From a virus (taxonomy: Duplodnaviria; Caudoviricetes), in IMG/VR virus record IMGVR_UViG_3300028805_000056, positions 64,001 to 128,000 of that record: a DNA stretch of 64,000 nucleotides, one strand, 5' to 3'. The notes beneath the pieces are model-generated. The model saw nothing but the letters and a program-made list of their open reading frames with translations. It was not told the origin of the DNA and ran no database searches. The translations under genes were made by a program, and so were the position numbers. Every line of letters begins with the position of its first letter. The stretch's first letter is position 1. Positions 1-9,154 of this stretch are shown piece after piece.

Positions 1-78
1 ATGTAAATGATTCAAAAATTTTAGTATTCATTTTTTTCTTTTACTTTTTAAGTTTTTGTCTTTCTTCTCCAAATATAC

Positions 79-114
79 AAAAAAAAATGGGGAACCGTGA
101 GTGTGGTTCCCCAT
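79..114 (-). terminator. Intrinsic terminator
   Basis: ATGGGGAACC/GGTTCCCCAT stem (87-114) followed on the minus strand by a U-tract, just after the stop of 127..714. Confidence 0.75.
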
Positions 115-126
115 AACAAACAATCA

Positions 127-714
127 TTAGCCCATTCGCCTTAATAGGGAATGGAACCCCTCTGAAACCTCCTCCTTTCCTGATAACCGTCTGAATACGA
201 CATCAGGTCTGTTATATTTTTCGTAATCCCAATCTTCTGGTGCATATTGATCATCCCACTTGCATCTGTCATACTCCGCAAAACCGTTTCTTTCATAGAA
301 ATCAGATAGACAACCCTCGAAATGATCAAGTTGTGTACCACCGTTGTTCTTTGCGGATGTCATAAGACTATTCACAACACCCTTGATATTAGGCTCGTTA
401 TTGTGGACGGATACAATATCTACATTACCGTCCTGCATTGGTATCAACGCATAGCCAATTTCAAAACCTCTCAATTGATATGTCGTGGCATTCATCTTTT
501 TGAAATCCTCAGGTGTGTATTTTGTCAGGAAACCGGGATGCTTGCTATGCTTTATATCCTCGCAGAATCTTGGATAGTCATTAACAACCCAACACTGCTC
601 AGATTCTATCATCTCCCTAACCTTCTCGGATAATTCCGCATCACCGTCTTGCATCGAGTCATTCTGTACCTGTTCCCATAGACTGAACGCTTCAAGTATC
701 TGTTCGTTAATCAT
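127..714 (-). CDS. GNAT-like/acetyltransferase-fold phage protein
   Basis: 195 aa; VSVHNN..KGVVNSLM..AKNNGG..LDHFE..LSDFYERNGF resembles GNAT motifs A/B (FYxxxGF). Confidence 0.45.
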   Translation of the reverse strand: MINEQILEAFSLWEQVQNDSMQDGDAELSEKVREMIESEQCWVVNDYPRFCEDIKHSKHPGFLTKYTPEDFKKMNATTYQLRGFEIGYALIPMQDGNVDIVSVHNNEPNIKGVVNSLMTSAKNNGGTQLDHFEGCLSDFYERNGFAEYDRCKWDDQYAPEDWDYEKYNRPDVVFRRLSGKEEVSEGFHSLLRRMG

Positions 715-1402
715 TTTTTTCTTCTTCTATTTCTTTCCCTAATAAATAGTCATACACTTTATTAATTGTGCGTTTTAGAAGGAAAAAATAGTCAGGAATT
801 GGATTCAGTGTTGTCTCATTCATATAAATTCTCTTGTTCACCTCTATCATAATCGAGTGATATTTCTTGTCACTCTTTGGTGAAATCGAATTTGAATATG
901 GATTATTGATGGAGACAAGATAACCCTCATCCTCGAATATGGTACATATCTTATCAATGGTTTCCTCATCAGGTCGTGTTTCATCGTCGTTGACACCGAT
1001 ACAGATATCCACATTTGACTCCGTTGATGGGAAGGAGTGGCAATCTATCAGCATTGTGTTATCCACAATTGGGGTTGCAAGCATTGAATTGTGTATCTCA
1101 TACCAACGCAGGATGTCAAGTTTCAATTTTTCATCAACATCGCGTTCGAAACCACCGAACTTATAATAGATTATACCTCTACCCTCCTTCTCCAAGGGGT
1201 CATTGACAAGGCGTTCGACATCACAGAAGAAACGGGAGAATGGGAAACGAACCATAGTGGCACGCTCATTCTGAAAAAGGATGTCAGTGTGCCAATCGGT
1301 CCATTCCTTCACGACATGAAACATATTTAAACAACCCTTCCATCCCTCATAACAGCGTTCTATGGAAGAATGCGGTACGTTTAATACAATCTTGTCATAC
1401 AT
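707..1402 (-). CDS. N-formylglutamate amidohydrolase family protein
   Basis: VPHS, DWHTD, SRFFCDVER, IDCHSF, DICIG, NNPYS and IMIEVNKRIYMNE motifs. Confidence 0.85.
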   Translation of the reverse strand: MYDKIVLNVPHSSIERCYEGWKGCLNMFHVVKEWTDWHTDILFQNERATMVRFPFSRFFCDVERLVNDPLEKEGRGIIYYKFGGFERDVDEKLKLDILRWYEIHNSMLATPIVDNTMLIDCHSFPSTESNVDICIGVNDDETRPDEETIDKICTIFEDEGYLVSINNPYSNSISPKSDKKYHSIMIEVNKRIYMNETTLNPIPDYFFLLKRTINKVYDYLLGKEIEEEKND

Positions 1403-1405
1403 CTC

Positions 1406-1783
1406 CTATCGGTTCATTTTCACGAGAATGTTTCTCTTTATTTTTGAAGGTATTTCACTCTCGTTCTTGAGAACCTCACGAATCTGACTGTATGCCTCCT
1501 CATACATAGCCATTGTCGGCTTCTCATAACGCTCACCGGGTTGTCTGCGGTTGCTCTTGTTGTAATCATACATATAGAGGTATCCGTCCTCCATATTGAT
1601 CTTTACGGAATGCAACCACATGTTCGAGGTGTCACGTTTCTTCCACTTGTTGTAGTTAGACAGTGAAATACTGCGAAGGCCACGGGTCTTCATAATCTCC
1701 TTGATTGTACCACGGATTTCCTCCTTGTGGTAATCCTGACGCGCTTTAGTGCTCATAAACAAATTTTTTAAAAAGTTAAACAT
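1406..1783 (-). CDS. Hypothetical protein
   Basis: 125 aa ORF; TATCTTTG promoter element upstream (1810-1817, minus); abuts the next gene. Confidence 0.65.
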   Translation of the reverse strand: MFNFLKNLFMSTKARQDYHKEEIRGTIKEIMKTRGLRSISLSNYNKWKKRDTSNMWLHSVKINMEDGYLYMYDYNKSNRRQPGERYEKPTMAMYEEAYSQIREVLKNESEIPSKIKRNILVKMNR

Positions 1784-1890
1784 TAAACTTGGTCTTTATT
1801 ATCTCAATACAAAGATACAAAAAAAAACTCGAAAATGAGGCAAAAACAGGTTTATTATAGTATATATAGATGATAATATGCATAATAGTT

Positions 1891-3666
1891 ATGATTGAAA
1901 ATTATAATGTATTTAAGGGAATCAAACAAGTTTTTGAATCCACATACACAGCATTGACAAATAGCCAAAAGGAAGGCTACCTTTGGTTCGTAAGAAAAGA
2001 CAGTGCAACCACGGTTGGCGATGTTTATTTTGGGGCTAAAAAATATGCCGAAGCCACCGATATAAGCATTAAGGCGGATAAGTCAGAAGCAATCAGTGCG
2101 TTGTCTCTTACTATGGACAGCGAGTATAAACTGACTCTATCAGGAAGGACAGCTGATGGTTCCGGTTTCACTGTTTCTGATGTAATTGATCTCCCATTGG
2201 AAACAATGGTTGTCAGTGGTGCATATGACAGTGCAAACACACAGATTGTCTTAACCTTAAAGAACGGTAGTACCACAAGTTTCCCTGTATCGGCATTGGT
2301 TGATGGTTTACAGAGTGAGATTACAACAGGAAATACACTTTCCGCTGATCTTATCTCTGACGGAACAACAAACAAGGTAGTTACTGGTACGGATAAGACA
2401 AATTGGAACAATGCGTCAAGTAGTGCACATAGCCACGACAATAAGACCGTTCTTGACGACATTTCCTCAAGTGATGTTGACAAGTGGGATGCTGCTATTC
2501 AGGGCGTAAGGGTAAATGGTGTTGACATAACACCTGATACCGGTAATGTGATAGACATAACAATTTCTGAAGGAGAAGGAGGAGATGATACTGATTATAG
2601 TACACAGTATCTGACATTTGAGGCAATAGAAGACACTACATTCACATTTACGCGAAATCCACTTCAATACAGTTTAGATGGTGGTGCTACTTGGACGAGT
2701 TTATCCAGCAATTCACATACGCCAACAGTGAGTGCCGGTAATAAGATACTTTGGAAACAAGGTACTACTACACCGTCTATCACTCAGAATTATGGTATGG
2801 GTACTTTCTCTGCAACAGGAAGTTTCAAGGCTTACGGTAATGTGATGAGTTTATGTTACGGAGATAATTTTATTGGAGAAGTTAGTCTATCTGGAAAGAA
2901 CTATATACTTCAAAGATTATTCAGACAAAACACATATTTGGTTGATTCATCAAATCTTGTATTACCTGCAACCACATTAGCAAATCAATGTTATGATTCT
3001 ATGTTCTCTGGTTGTACTTCATTGACAAGTGCACCTAAAATATTACCTGCAACTTCACTGACATATTATTGTTATCAAGAAATGTTCGAAGGTTGTACAT
3101 CATTGACAAGTGCTCCTGAATTACCGGCACCTACTTTAAAGATGTATTCTTATTCTTTTATGTTCAATGGTTGTACATCATTAAGTTATATAAAATGTCT
3201 TGCAACTGATATATCTGCAAGTAATTGTACATATAATTGGGTACAAAATGTTAGTTCAACTGGTGTGTTTATTAAGGCTGATGGTATGAATGGATGGACT
3301 GTCGGTAATAACGGTATACCAACCGGTTGGGTTGACTCTACTGAATCAGAATATGGCTATGCACGCGGTTATCAAATACCAAAAAAGACTTCTGATTTGA
3401 CTAATGACAGCGGTTTTATAACGTCCGATAACATTTCGGGTAAGACTGATTCAACCACATTCGGTACACACTCAGCAACCACAATTGCAAATGGTACATC
3501 ATCACAGATGCACTTACCTACGGTATCTGCAAGTGACAACAACAAGGTACTTATGGTAGTGAACGGTGTTTGGACACTCGTTGCGCCTTCAATGATTTAT
3601 AGCGGAAGTGGTGCTCCTGACAATTCTCAGGGCAACAATGGTGACTTATATATACAGACAAGTTAA
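1891..3666 (+). CDS. Tail-fibre-like protein with BspA-type LRR module
   Basis: Repeats LPATTLxxxCYxxMFxGCTSLTSAP; HSHDNK and IDLPLE..VSGAYD fibre-like segments; C-terminal YSGSGAP..GDLYIQT; no signal peptide; likely start at 1891. Confidence 0.65.
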   Translation: MIENYNVFKGIKQVFESTYTALTNSQKEGYLWFVRKDSATTVGDVYFGAKKYAEATDISIKADKSEAISALSLTMDSEYKLTLSGRTADGSGFTVSDVIDLPLETMVVSGAYDSANTQIVLTLKNGSTTSFPVSALVDGLQSEITTGNTLSADLISDGTTNKVVTGTDKTNWNNASSSAHSHDNKTVLDDISSSDVDKWDAAIQGVRVNGVDITPDTGNVIDITISEGEGGDDTDYSTQYLTFEAIEDTTFTFTRNPLQYSLDGGATWTSLSSNSHTPTVSAGNKILWKQGTTTPSITQNYGMGTFSATGSFKAYGNVMSLCYGDNFIGEVSLSGKNYILQRLFRQNTYLVDSSNLVLPATTLANQCYDSMFSGCTSLTSAPKILPATSLTYYCYQEMFEGCTSLTSAPELPAPTLKMYSYSFMFNGCTSLSYIKCLATDISASNCTYNWVQNVSSTGVFIKADGMNGWTVGNNGIPTGWVDSTESEYGYARGYQIPKKTSDLTNDSGFITSDNISGKTDSTTFGTHSATTIANGTSSQMHLPTVSASDNNKVLMVVNGVWTLVAPSMIYSGSGAPDNSQGNNGDLYIQTS

Positions 3667-3685
3667 CTATGACAATTATATAATG

Positions 3686-3720
3686 AAAATGGTACCAAGA
3701 TTTTGGTACCATTTTTTTTT
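3686..3720. terminator. Bidirectional intrinsic terminator
   Basis: AAAATGGTACC..GGTACCATTTTTTTTT between convergent genes. Confidence 0.75.
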
Positions 3721-3728
3721 CTTTTTGA

Positions 3729-4160
3729 TCAGCCTATACATCTATTGACTGACACATCGGCATATCTGATTATTTTACCATTATATGTATAACCGTGTTT
3801 GATTATTCCACTAACCGTGTTATCTTCCATTAGAGTGTTATCTGTGGTGAAAACGGCGTTGTATTTTTCGTCATCGAACTTATCTCCGACATTACCGAAC
3901 CTCTCTATTCCTATAGATGACAAGGCTTTCACAAGTTTCTTATATATTCCCTTCAGTGTCGGGTCCCCGTAATTCAGACCAATTGTCAGGTCATCTATAA
4001 TTGGGAGGATTTTAAGAATTATCTCACTTTGTGAAGAATCAACCGCATTTGTCAAATTCTTTCTCGATGTCTTCTTGTAATTTTCAAAATCAGCCAATAG
4101 TCTGATATATTTGTCATACAACTCGTCATATGACATTTCGTTTCCTATTTCTTGTTCCAT
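3729..4160 (-). CDS. grpE: Nucleotide exchange factor GrpE
   Basis: RLLADFENYKK, ILPIIDDL, GDKFD, GYTYNGKIIRYADV motifs. Confidence 0.9.
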   Translation of the reverse strand: MEQEIGNEMSYDELYDKYIRLLADFENYKKTSRKNLTNAVDSSQSEIILKILPIIDDLTIGLNYGDPTLKGIYKKLVKALSSIGIERFGNVGDKFDDEKYNAVFTTDNTLMEDNTVSGIIKHGYTYNGKIIRYADVSVNRCIG

Positions 4161-4171
4161 ATTACCAAAAT

Positions 4172-4888
4172 TTATTTATGTATGGCTAAATGTGTTTCCC
4201 AATCGCCCCATTGCCACTTTATTTCATATCCTAATCCTTCAATGAAGTTTACCATTTGATCATGGGTTTCCTGCGTCATACCATAATATCCAACTTCCCA
4301 TAATTCAAACAGGATTGGTGGATAGTTGTTTCGGATTATTGTACCTAAACCGCCTTTTAGAACCTGATATTCCATTCCCTCAACGTCGATCTTAATAAAT
4401 CCGATGTTATTTAAATCAAAACTGTCCAAGGTGAGACATTGTGCTTTTTTTGAATTTTTCTTATCAAAGACATTACTGTTTATCTTGCTTGTGTATTCTG
4501 TGTTGAAACCGTCATAGTCAATACATTCAATCTTGTCGGATAAAAGTACATTATGAACATCACATTTGTCTAACTTACCGTGTAGTAACATATTAAATTC
4601 AGCCAATACACAATTCTCCCTGTTTCCATCAAACATATGATAGTGGTTAAACTCTGTGGCGAATGAAAATGTCCCAACGTGTGAGCCAATGTCTATCATC
4701 GATTTTGAAAAGTCGAAATAGCCATCTTCATTTTCATTAATTTTAATGATGGTGTTAGCCTCCCAACAATACAACTCATTGTCATCTATGAAGATCCGTT
4801 CTGGATAATTCATTGCATATCCATCATTTGGTAATAGTTTTGTATCAACCAAATATTGTTTAAAACCTATTTCTTTTATCTTCTCCAT
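4172..4888 (-). CDS. FkbM-family SAM-dependent methyltransferase
   Basis: IDIGSHVG, TLDS and FIKIDVEGMEYQVLKG motifs; start at 4888 follows a promoter element. Confidence 0.85.
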   Translation of the reverse strand: MEKIKEIGFKQYLVDTKLLPNDGYAMNYPERIFIDDNELYCWEANTIIKINENEDGYFDFSKSMIDIGSHVGTFSFATEFNHYHMFDGNRENCVLAEFNMLLHGKLDKCDVHNVLLSDKIECIDYDGFNTEYTSKINSNVFDKKNSKKAQCLTLDSFDLNNIGFIKIDVEGMEYQVLKGGLGTIIRNNYPPILFELWEVGYYGMTQETHDQMVNFIEGLGYEIKWQWGDWETHLAIHK

Positions 4889-5001
4889 ATTACAAATATA
4901 CAAAAAAAATACGAGACGTTTCACAACGTCCCGTATCCGCATCGAGTGTTGTTCCTAAGGCTATCAAGCAGTCAGCACTCGTTTAATTTGTTATATTTTC
5001 T

Positions 5002-5037
5002 AAAAAAAAAGAGGCGGGGTACCGATAACCCCGTCTC
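5002..5037 (-). terminator. Intrinsic terminator after hsp20
   Basis: GAGACGGGGT..ACCCCGCCTC stem plus a 9-nt U-tract on the minus strand. Confidence 0.75.
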
Positions 5038-5046
5038 GTTGTGACG

Positions 5047-5487
5047 CTACTGGATCAACAGTTTGCGTCCCTTGTCTTCTACAAGCGGTTTTTCTTCCTT
5101 CTTTGGCATTGTGATAACCAATACACCGTCTTTTACAGACGCATTGATACCATCCTCTGCCACATTTTCGGGAATCTCAATAGAGCGACTGAATTCTGAT
5201 GAAGACCATTCCTTAGAAATAATCTTACCGTCATCATCCTTCTTCTCTTTCTTGTTTTCATCCTTGTAGTTTACACATACAACCCCATCCTTAACTTCGA
5301 TATCAAGATGTTCTTTATTCAATCCTGGAATGGCTATTTCAAATTCGTAACCCTTGTCGGTTTCCTTTGAATTTGTTCTTGGGAAGTCAGTAAGTGTACT
5401 CACGTTGAAAAAGTCACGCGAAAATGCTTCAGTGTCGAAGTACGGAAAAAAGCTGTCACTGAAAATTGTACTTAAATAATTCTTCAT
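5047..5487 (-). CDS. Small heat-shock protein (Hsp20/alpha-crystallin)
   Basis: IAIPGLNKE, FSRSIEIP, ASVKDGVLVITMPK; probable ATG at 5487 preceded by GGAGG. Confidence 0.9.
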   Translation of the reverse strand: MKNYLSTIFSDSFFPYFDTEAFSRDFFNVSTLTDFPRTNSKETDKGYEFEIAIPGLNKEHLDIEVKDGVVCVNYKDENKKEKKDDDGKIISKEWSSSEFSRSIEIPENVAEDGINASVKDGVLVITMPKKEEKPLVEDKGRKLLIQ

Positions 5488-5539
5488 AATAACCTCCAAT
5501 TTTTAAATAAATTATTATTATATGTGTCTATAGACATTG

Positions 5540-5614
5540 TAGGGTAGACAGGATTTGAACCTGCGACCACAGCATCCCAAATGCCGCATTCTAACCGGGC
5601 TGAACTACTACCCT
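5540..5614 (-). tRNA. tRNA-Pro (TGG)
   Basis: Cloverleaf: acceptor AGGGTAG/CTACCCT, anticodon arm CGGCA-TT-TGG-GA-TGCTG, T-arm GCAGG-TTCAAAT-CCTGT; CCA not encoded; TATATTTG element 8 nt upstream. Confidence 0.93.
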
Positions 5615-5642
5615 ATCTTTTTCAAATATACAAAAATTATTT

Positions 5643-6071
5643 TTATAATAAACAATTCTTGACACATTCTGAGACTAATTTACCATCAGCACCGATCAAA
5701 ACATTCTTAATCTCCTTGATAACTACTCCCATTTGTTTCTTTTCAACACCATTAGGATAATGTTGTCTAAGATACTCTCTAATATCATCCTCAGTTGGCA
5801 ATGCAGGAAGTAATGCTTGAAGTACATCAGCCTGAGCCAATTCGTCATTAGCCAAGTCTTGTCTATTGTTGTTCTTATATATTTCAGCAGAATTCATCCT
5901 GTCATCAATCATCTTCCTTATGAGATTGATCTCTTCGGTTTCATTGTATTCCTTCGCATTCTTTGCTGTCTTGAATTCAAGAATCTTTGCCTTTAACAAC
6001 TTGTAAGTCTCGGAAGCCACCTTATCATGAGCCTTCATAGCCTCCATAATCTTCTTATTAACATCTATCAT
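5643..6071 (-). CDS. GatB/YqeY domain protein
   Basis: IMEAMKAHDK, NRQDLANDE..LLP, KKQMGVVIK, ADGKLVS motifs. Confidence 0.85.
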   Translation of the reverse strand: MIDVNKKIMEAMKAHDKVASETYKLLKAKILEFKTAKNAKEYNETEEINLIRKMIDDRMNSAEIYKNNNRQDLANDELAQADVLQALLPALPTEDDIREYLRQHYPNGVEKKQMGVVIKEIKNVLIGADGKLVSECVKNCLL

Positions 6072-6355
6072 AATCTTTTTAATTTAATATATTACCATTT
6101 AGATCAGTTAACTCTCCATTATTATTTATTAAACAATTATAACCAATAGTTAACTCATACCAATAATCAATATCTTTATATAGTATTAACATCATTTGTG
6201 CCAAAATTTATAACAATGTACATAATTTTTTTTTTGGATATTTCTCGGGTTTCATCGTCATATGGTTTATAATACATGGCTTGTTGTAACCTCCAAAACT
6301 AATACAATCTTCACACTTTGTAAATTTCTGTTTATCCATTTTTAATTTCCTTTTT

Positions 6356-6610
6356 TTATAACCTCTTTATGTCTTCCTTACATATTTCAATTCCGTTTCT
6401 TGTGAATTCCTTGAATTTCTCCTTCATTTCATCAGAAATGTCTGCATCGTCAATGACACTGTATATCTTTTCAAGAATGCCTAATGATACTTCAGCATCT
6501 TCTTTAGTTAAAATATTGTCACTGCTGATCAATGAAACAAAGAATAGACTATATGTTGTTTCATTCTTTGCCAATTCCTCTATAAAATCACTCGTTATGT
6601 TGTATTCCAT
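6356..6610 (-). CDS. Hypothetical protein
   Basis: ORF downstream of a TATATTTG element (6619-6626); start MEYNITSD. Confidence 0.6.
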   Translation of the reverse strand: MEYNITSDFIEELAKNETTYSLFFVSLISSDNILTKEDAEVSLGILEKIYSVIDDADISDEMKEKFKEFTRNGIEICKEDIKRL

Positions 6611-6815
6611 ATCATTAACAAATATACATTTTTTTCCAATATAGACAAAAAAAAAACCTCCATTCATTCTTTTGGAACTCTTGGAGGCTGGAGAATATGA
6701 TAGTGCTTTAAAGCTATGAAGCCATAATTAATTGAACTATATGTAGTTATCTTTTTTCAATCATAAATACTTTTAAAAACAAAAAAAGAACGATTTTTTC
6801 TACATTTTTTTTTTC

Positions 6816-7208
6816 TTATTTTTTTTCAAAATAGAATTTACCGTCCCATTCATTGAACGTCATTATTCCATATTGCATAGCAAGACGTGTCTGAAATGTT
6901 GAACGGCAACTCTTTTGTAGTCGTTCCTTTATGTTGTCACGAAAACCCTCAAGGTCTGTCATTCCCTTATAGAAATTACAAGCACGACAACTTGGCATCA
7001 GATTATCAATTCCATCCATACTGCCATCCTTTATCATATTCTCTATTGGTTCACGTTGTTCCTTCGTACCGTACACGCTCCACATATATGGTACTATGTG
7101 ATCAACCTGCATATCCTTATACTCTATTTCTTTTCCACAATATGCACAGTGACCGTTGTACTTGTCATAAACCTGTTGACGTATTTCTTTAGGTATTCTT
7201 TTTCTCAT
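6816..7208 (-). CDS. HNH endonuclease
   Basis: CAYCG..VDHIVP..NLMPSCRACNFYK. Confidence 0.9.
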   Translation of the reverse strand: MRKRIPKEIRQQVYDKYNGHCAYCGKEIEYKDMQVDHIVPYMWSVYGTKEQREPIENMIKDGSMDGIDNLMPSCRACNFYKGMTDLEGFRDNIKERLQKSCRSTFQTRLAMQYGIMTFNEWDGKFYFEKK

Positions 7209-7960
7209 TTTTCCTTTAATCTGTTTTCGGCATATTCACATTGTGCTTGTGAAATTTCTGATCCTATATAGAACATATTCATATTTTTACACGCTTTTGC
7301 TGTTGTTCCTGTGCCCATAAACGGATCATAAACTATCATACCTTCCTTACCGTATATATTGAACAGTTTCTCACAGAGTTCGGTACTATATGTAGCCTGA
7401 TTGATGTTTCTTGTCTCTCCGTCGTTGTTCTTTGCCTCGACAAAGTTATAATATATATTATAGTATTTCTGTCCTGTTTTCTCGGAGATGCTCTTTACAC
7501 CCTTATTGCAAACAAATGTATCGATATCACTCTTCCTTACAAACACCCATATGAATTCCCAATTTCTTGAAAGTCTCCTCTCATTTGCTGGGAATGGAAG
7601 ACCACTTGTTTTCTTCCATATGATAGTGTCCGCGAGACACCAATTCGTCCTGGCATACAATTCACTTACTAATATATAAGGTAATGTGGGATTCTCTATT
7701 GAGTAGGAGAAATTATATAATACAACACCATTTTCCTTTACGATTCGATCAAAACGGTCAAACAACTTGGTTGTCATATTAACATACTCGTCAACGGACA
7801 GCCAATCAGTATACACATCATATCTCCCCGTATCGGCGTTTCCACCCTTTCTCTTTGTCATATTATACGGAGGGGATGTCATCACCATATCAATTGAATA
7901 TTCCTCAATTTTGTCAATGGTGATGAAACAATCCTCATTATAAATCTTATTGACCTCCAT
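7205..7960 (-). CDS. DNA amino-methyltransferase, beta class (probably N4-cytosine)
   Basis: TSPPYN catalytic motif precedes the DPFMGTGTT SAM-binding motif. Confidence 0.88.
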   Translation of the reverse strand: MEVNKIYNEDCFITIDKIEEYSIDMVMTSPPYNMTKRKGGNADTGRYDVYTDWLSVDEYVNMTTKLFDRFDRIVKENGVVLYNFSYSIENPTLPYILVSELYARTNWCLADTIIWKKTSGLPFPANERRLSRNWEFIWVFVRKSDIDTFVCNKGVKSISEKTGQKYYNIYYNFVEAKNNDGETRNINQATYSTELCEKLFNIYGKEGMIVYDPFMGTGTTAKACKNMNMFYIGSEISQAQCEYAENRLKEK

Positions 7961-7963
7961 ATA

Positions 7964-8416
7964 TTACTTCTTCTTCCTTGCTTCCTTGGCCTCCTTTTCC
8001 TCATCAGCAATCTGTTGGAGAGTGAGAAGTGCAAGTTCAGCCTTTTCAACGGCGATGTTTCCGAACTTGTGATACAACCCGATAGGGATGTTCAGTTCAG
8101 GCTTCGTGATTACAATCTTGTCCTTGTCCATATCATAACTGATTTGACTAAGAAGAGAACGAATCCAAATTTCCTGTGTTTGTTCATCCACACGATCAAA
8201 TGCATCCTCATAAATTGCAACAGCAACTGTAGAGTTGTCACCTGTGAATAGTTCTACAAGGTCGTTAGCCTTCAATACTTGTCCGACTTCCTTCTTACTC
8301 TTCTTAAGACGAACTGGTGTGACATTGATACCTGTAGCCCTAAGACCCATCTCATTTGCAAGGTTTTTTACCTTTTCCTCTAAATAAGAGGACAAATCTT
8401 TTGAATATTTTCCCAT
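7964..8416 (-). CDS. Hypothetical protein
   Basis: 150 aa ORF with phage-like codon usage; promoter element at 8440-8447 (minus). Confidence 0.7.
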   Translation of the reverse strand: MGKYSKDLSSYLEEKVKNLANEMGLRATGINVTPVRLKKSKKEVGQVLKANDLVELFTGDNSTVAVAIYEDAFDRVDEQTQEIWIRSLLSQISYDMDKDKIVITKPELNIPIGLYHKFGNIAVEKAELALLTLQQIADEEKEAKEARKKK

Positions 8417-8627
8417 AATTAAAAAGTTTTAATGTATGACAAATATACATTTTTGTTTTAAAAAAACGGAAAAAAGAGATAATCTATATAACTGTATATG
8501 TATGCGCGTGCGTATATAAGTACTTTAAGTACAACATGACATTCCATGGGCCTCCATGCTTAAAAACCATGCATGCCACGGTAAAAAAAAAATATTAAAT
8601 TTAAAAAATTATTTATATATTTGAAAT

Positions 8628-8909
8628 ATGAAAAAGGAATATAAACTGTTTAATAGGGATAATTTACCTGTAAGTCTAAAACTTATAGAGGACAATGACT
8701 ACCGTTTGGTTATTGATGGCGAAAACGCATATATCAGTATATCAAAACTCGGTGACGAATATAAGTTTATTGATCCGCAAGGAGGACCAATGATTGCACT
8801 TGGCGGACTTTTGGAATGCGGTAATGAGATAATCAAGGTAAAAGAAATATCCTATGATGAAGAAAATAAGTCATTTGTGTGTAAGTTGAAGAAGATAAGA
8901 AACAAATGA
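8628..8909 (+). CDS. Hypothetical protein
   Basis: 93 aa ORF directly after TATATTTG. Confidence 0.65.
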   Translation: MKKEYKLFNRDNLPVSLKLIEDNDYRLVIDGENAYISISKLGDEYKFIDPQGGPMIALGGLLECGNEIIKVKEISYDEENKSFVCKLKKIRNK

Positions 8910-9154
8910 AAAGCAAGAATATAACCAACATAGCAATATTTGAAGAAATCATTGTATTTGTTTCAACTTTATTGCTTTTATATATGAAAGTGTATGCTAT
9001 AAATGAGATGAGTTGGTGGGCATTACTATATCCAATTGGAATTGCAGTTGGCATCAATGTTATCTTACTTATTCTATCTTTTGTAATGTTGATCATCGGA
9101 GCATTTAATAAAAAGAACTATATTAATGGAGAAAACAATGGAGAACGAGTGTGA
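8906..9154 (+). CDS. Small membrane protein
   Basis: Two hydrophobic stretches; ATGA overlap with the upstream gene. Confidence 0.55.
   Translation: MKSKNITNIAIFEEIIVFVSTLLLLYMKVYAINEMSWWALLYPIGIAVGINVILLILSFVMLIIGAFNKKNYINGENNGERV

Noticed and set aside
3669-3696. Remnant start of a partner fibre gene (ATG ACA ATT..AAT GAA AAT GGT ACC) after 3666
   Set aside because: Too short and overlaps the terminator stem; cannot be distinguished from chance.
4972-4998. CIRCE heat-shock operator near hsp20
   Set aside because: Only a half-site-like TCAGCACTC is present; there is no GAGTGCTAA 9 nt downstream, and it lies 3' of the gene.
6650-6770. Possible small late RNA between a minus-strand TATTTAT and a GGAGG/CCTCC hairpin
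   Set aside because: AT-rich with weak structure and no ORF; insufficient support.
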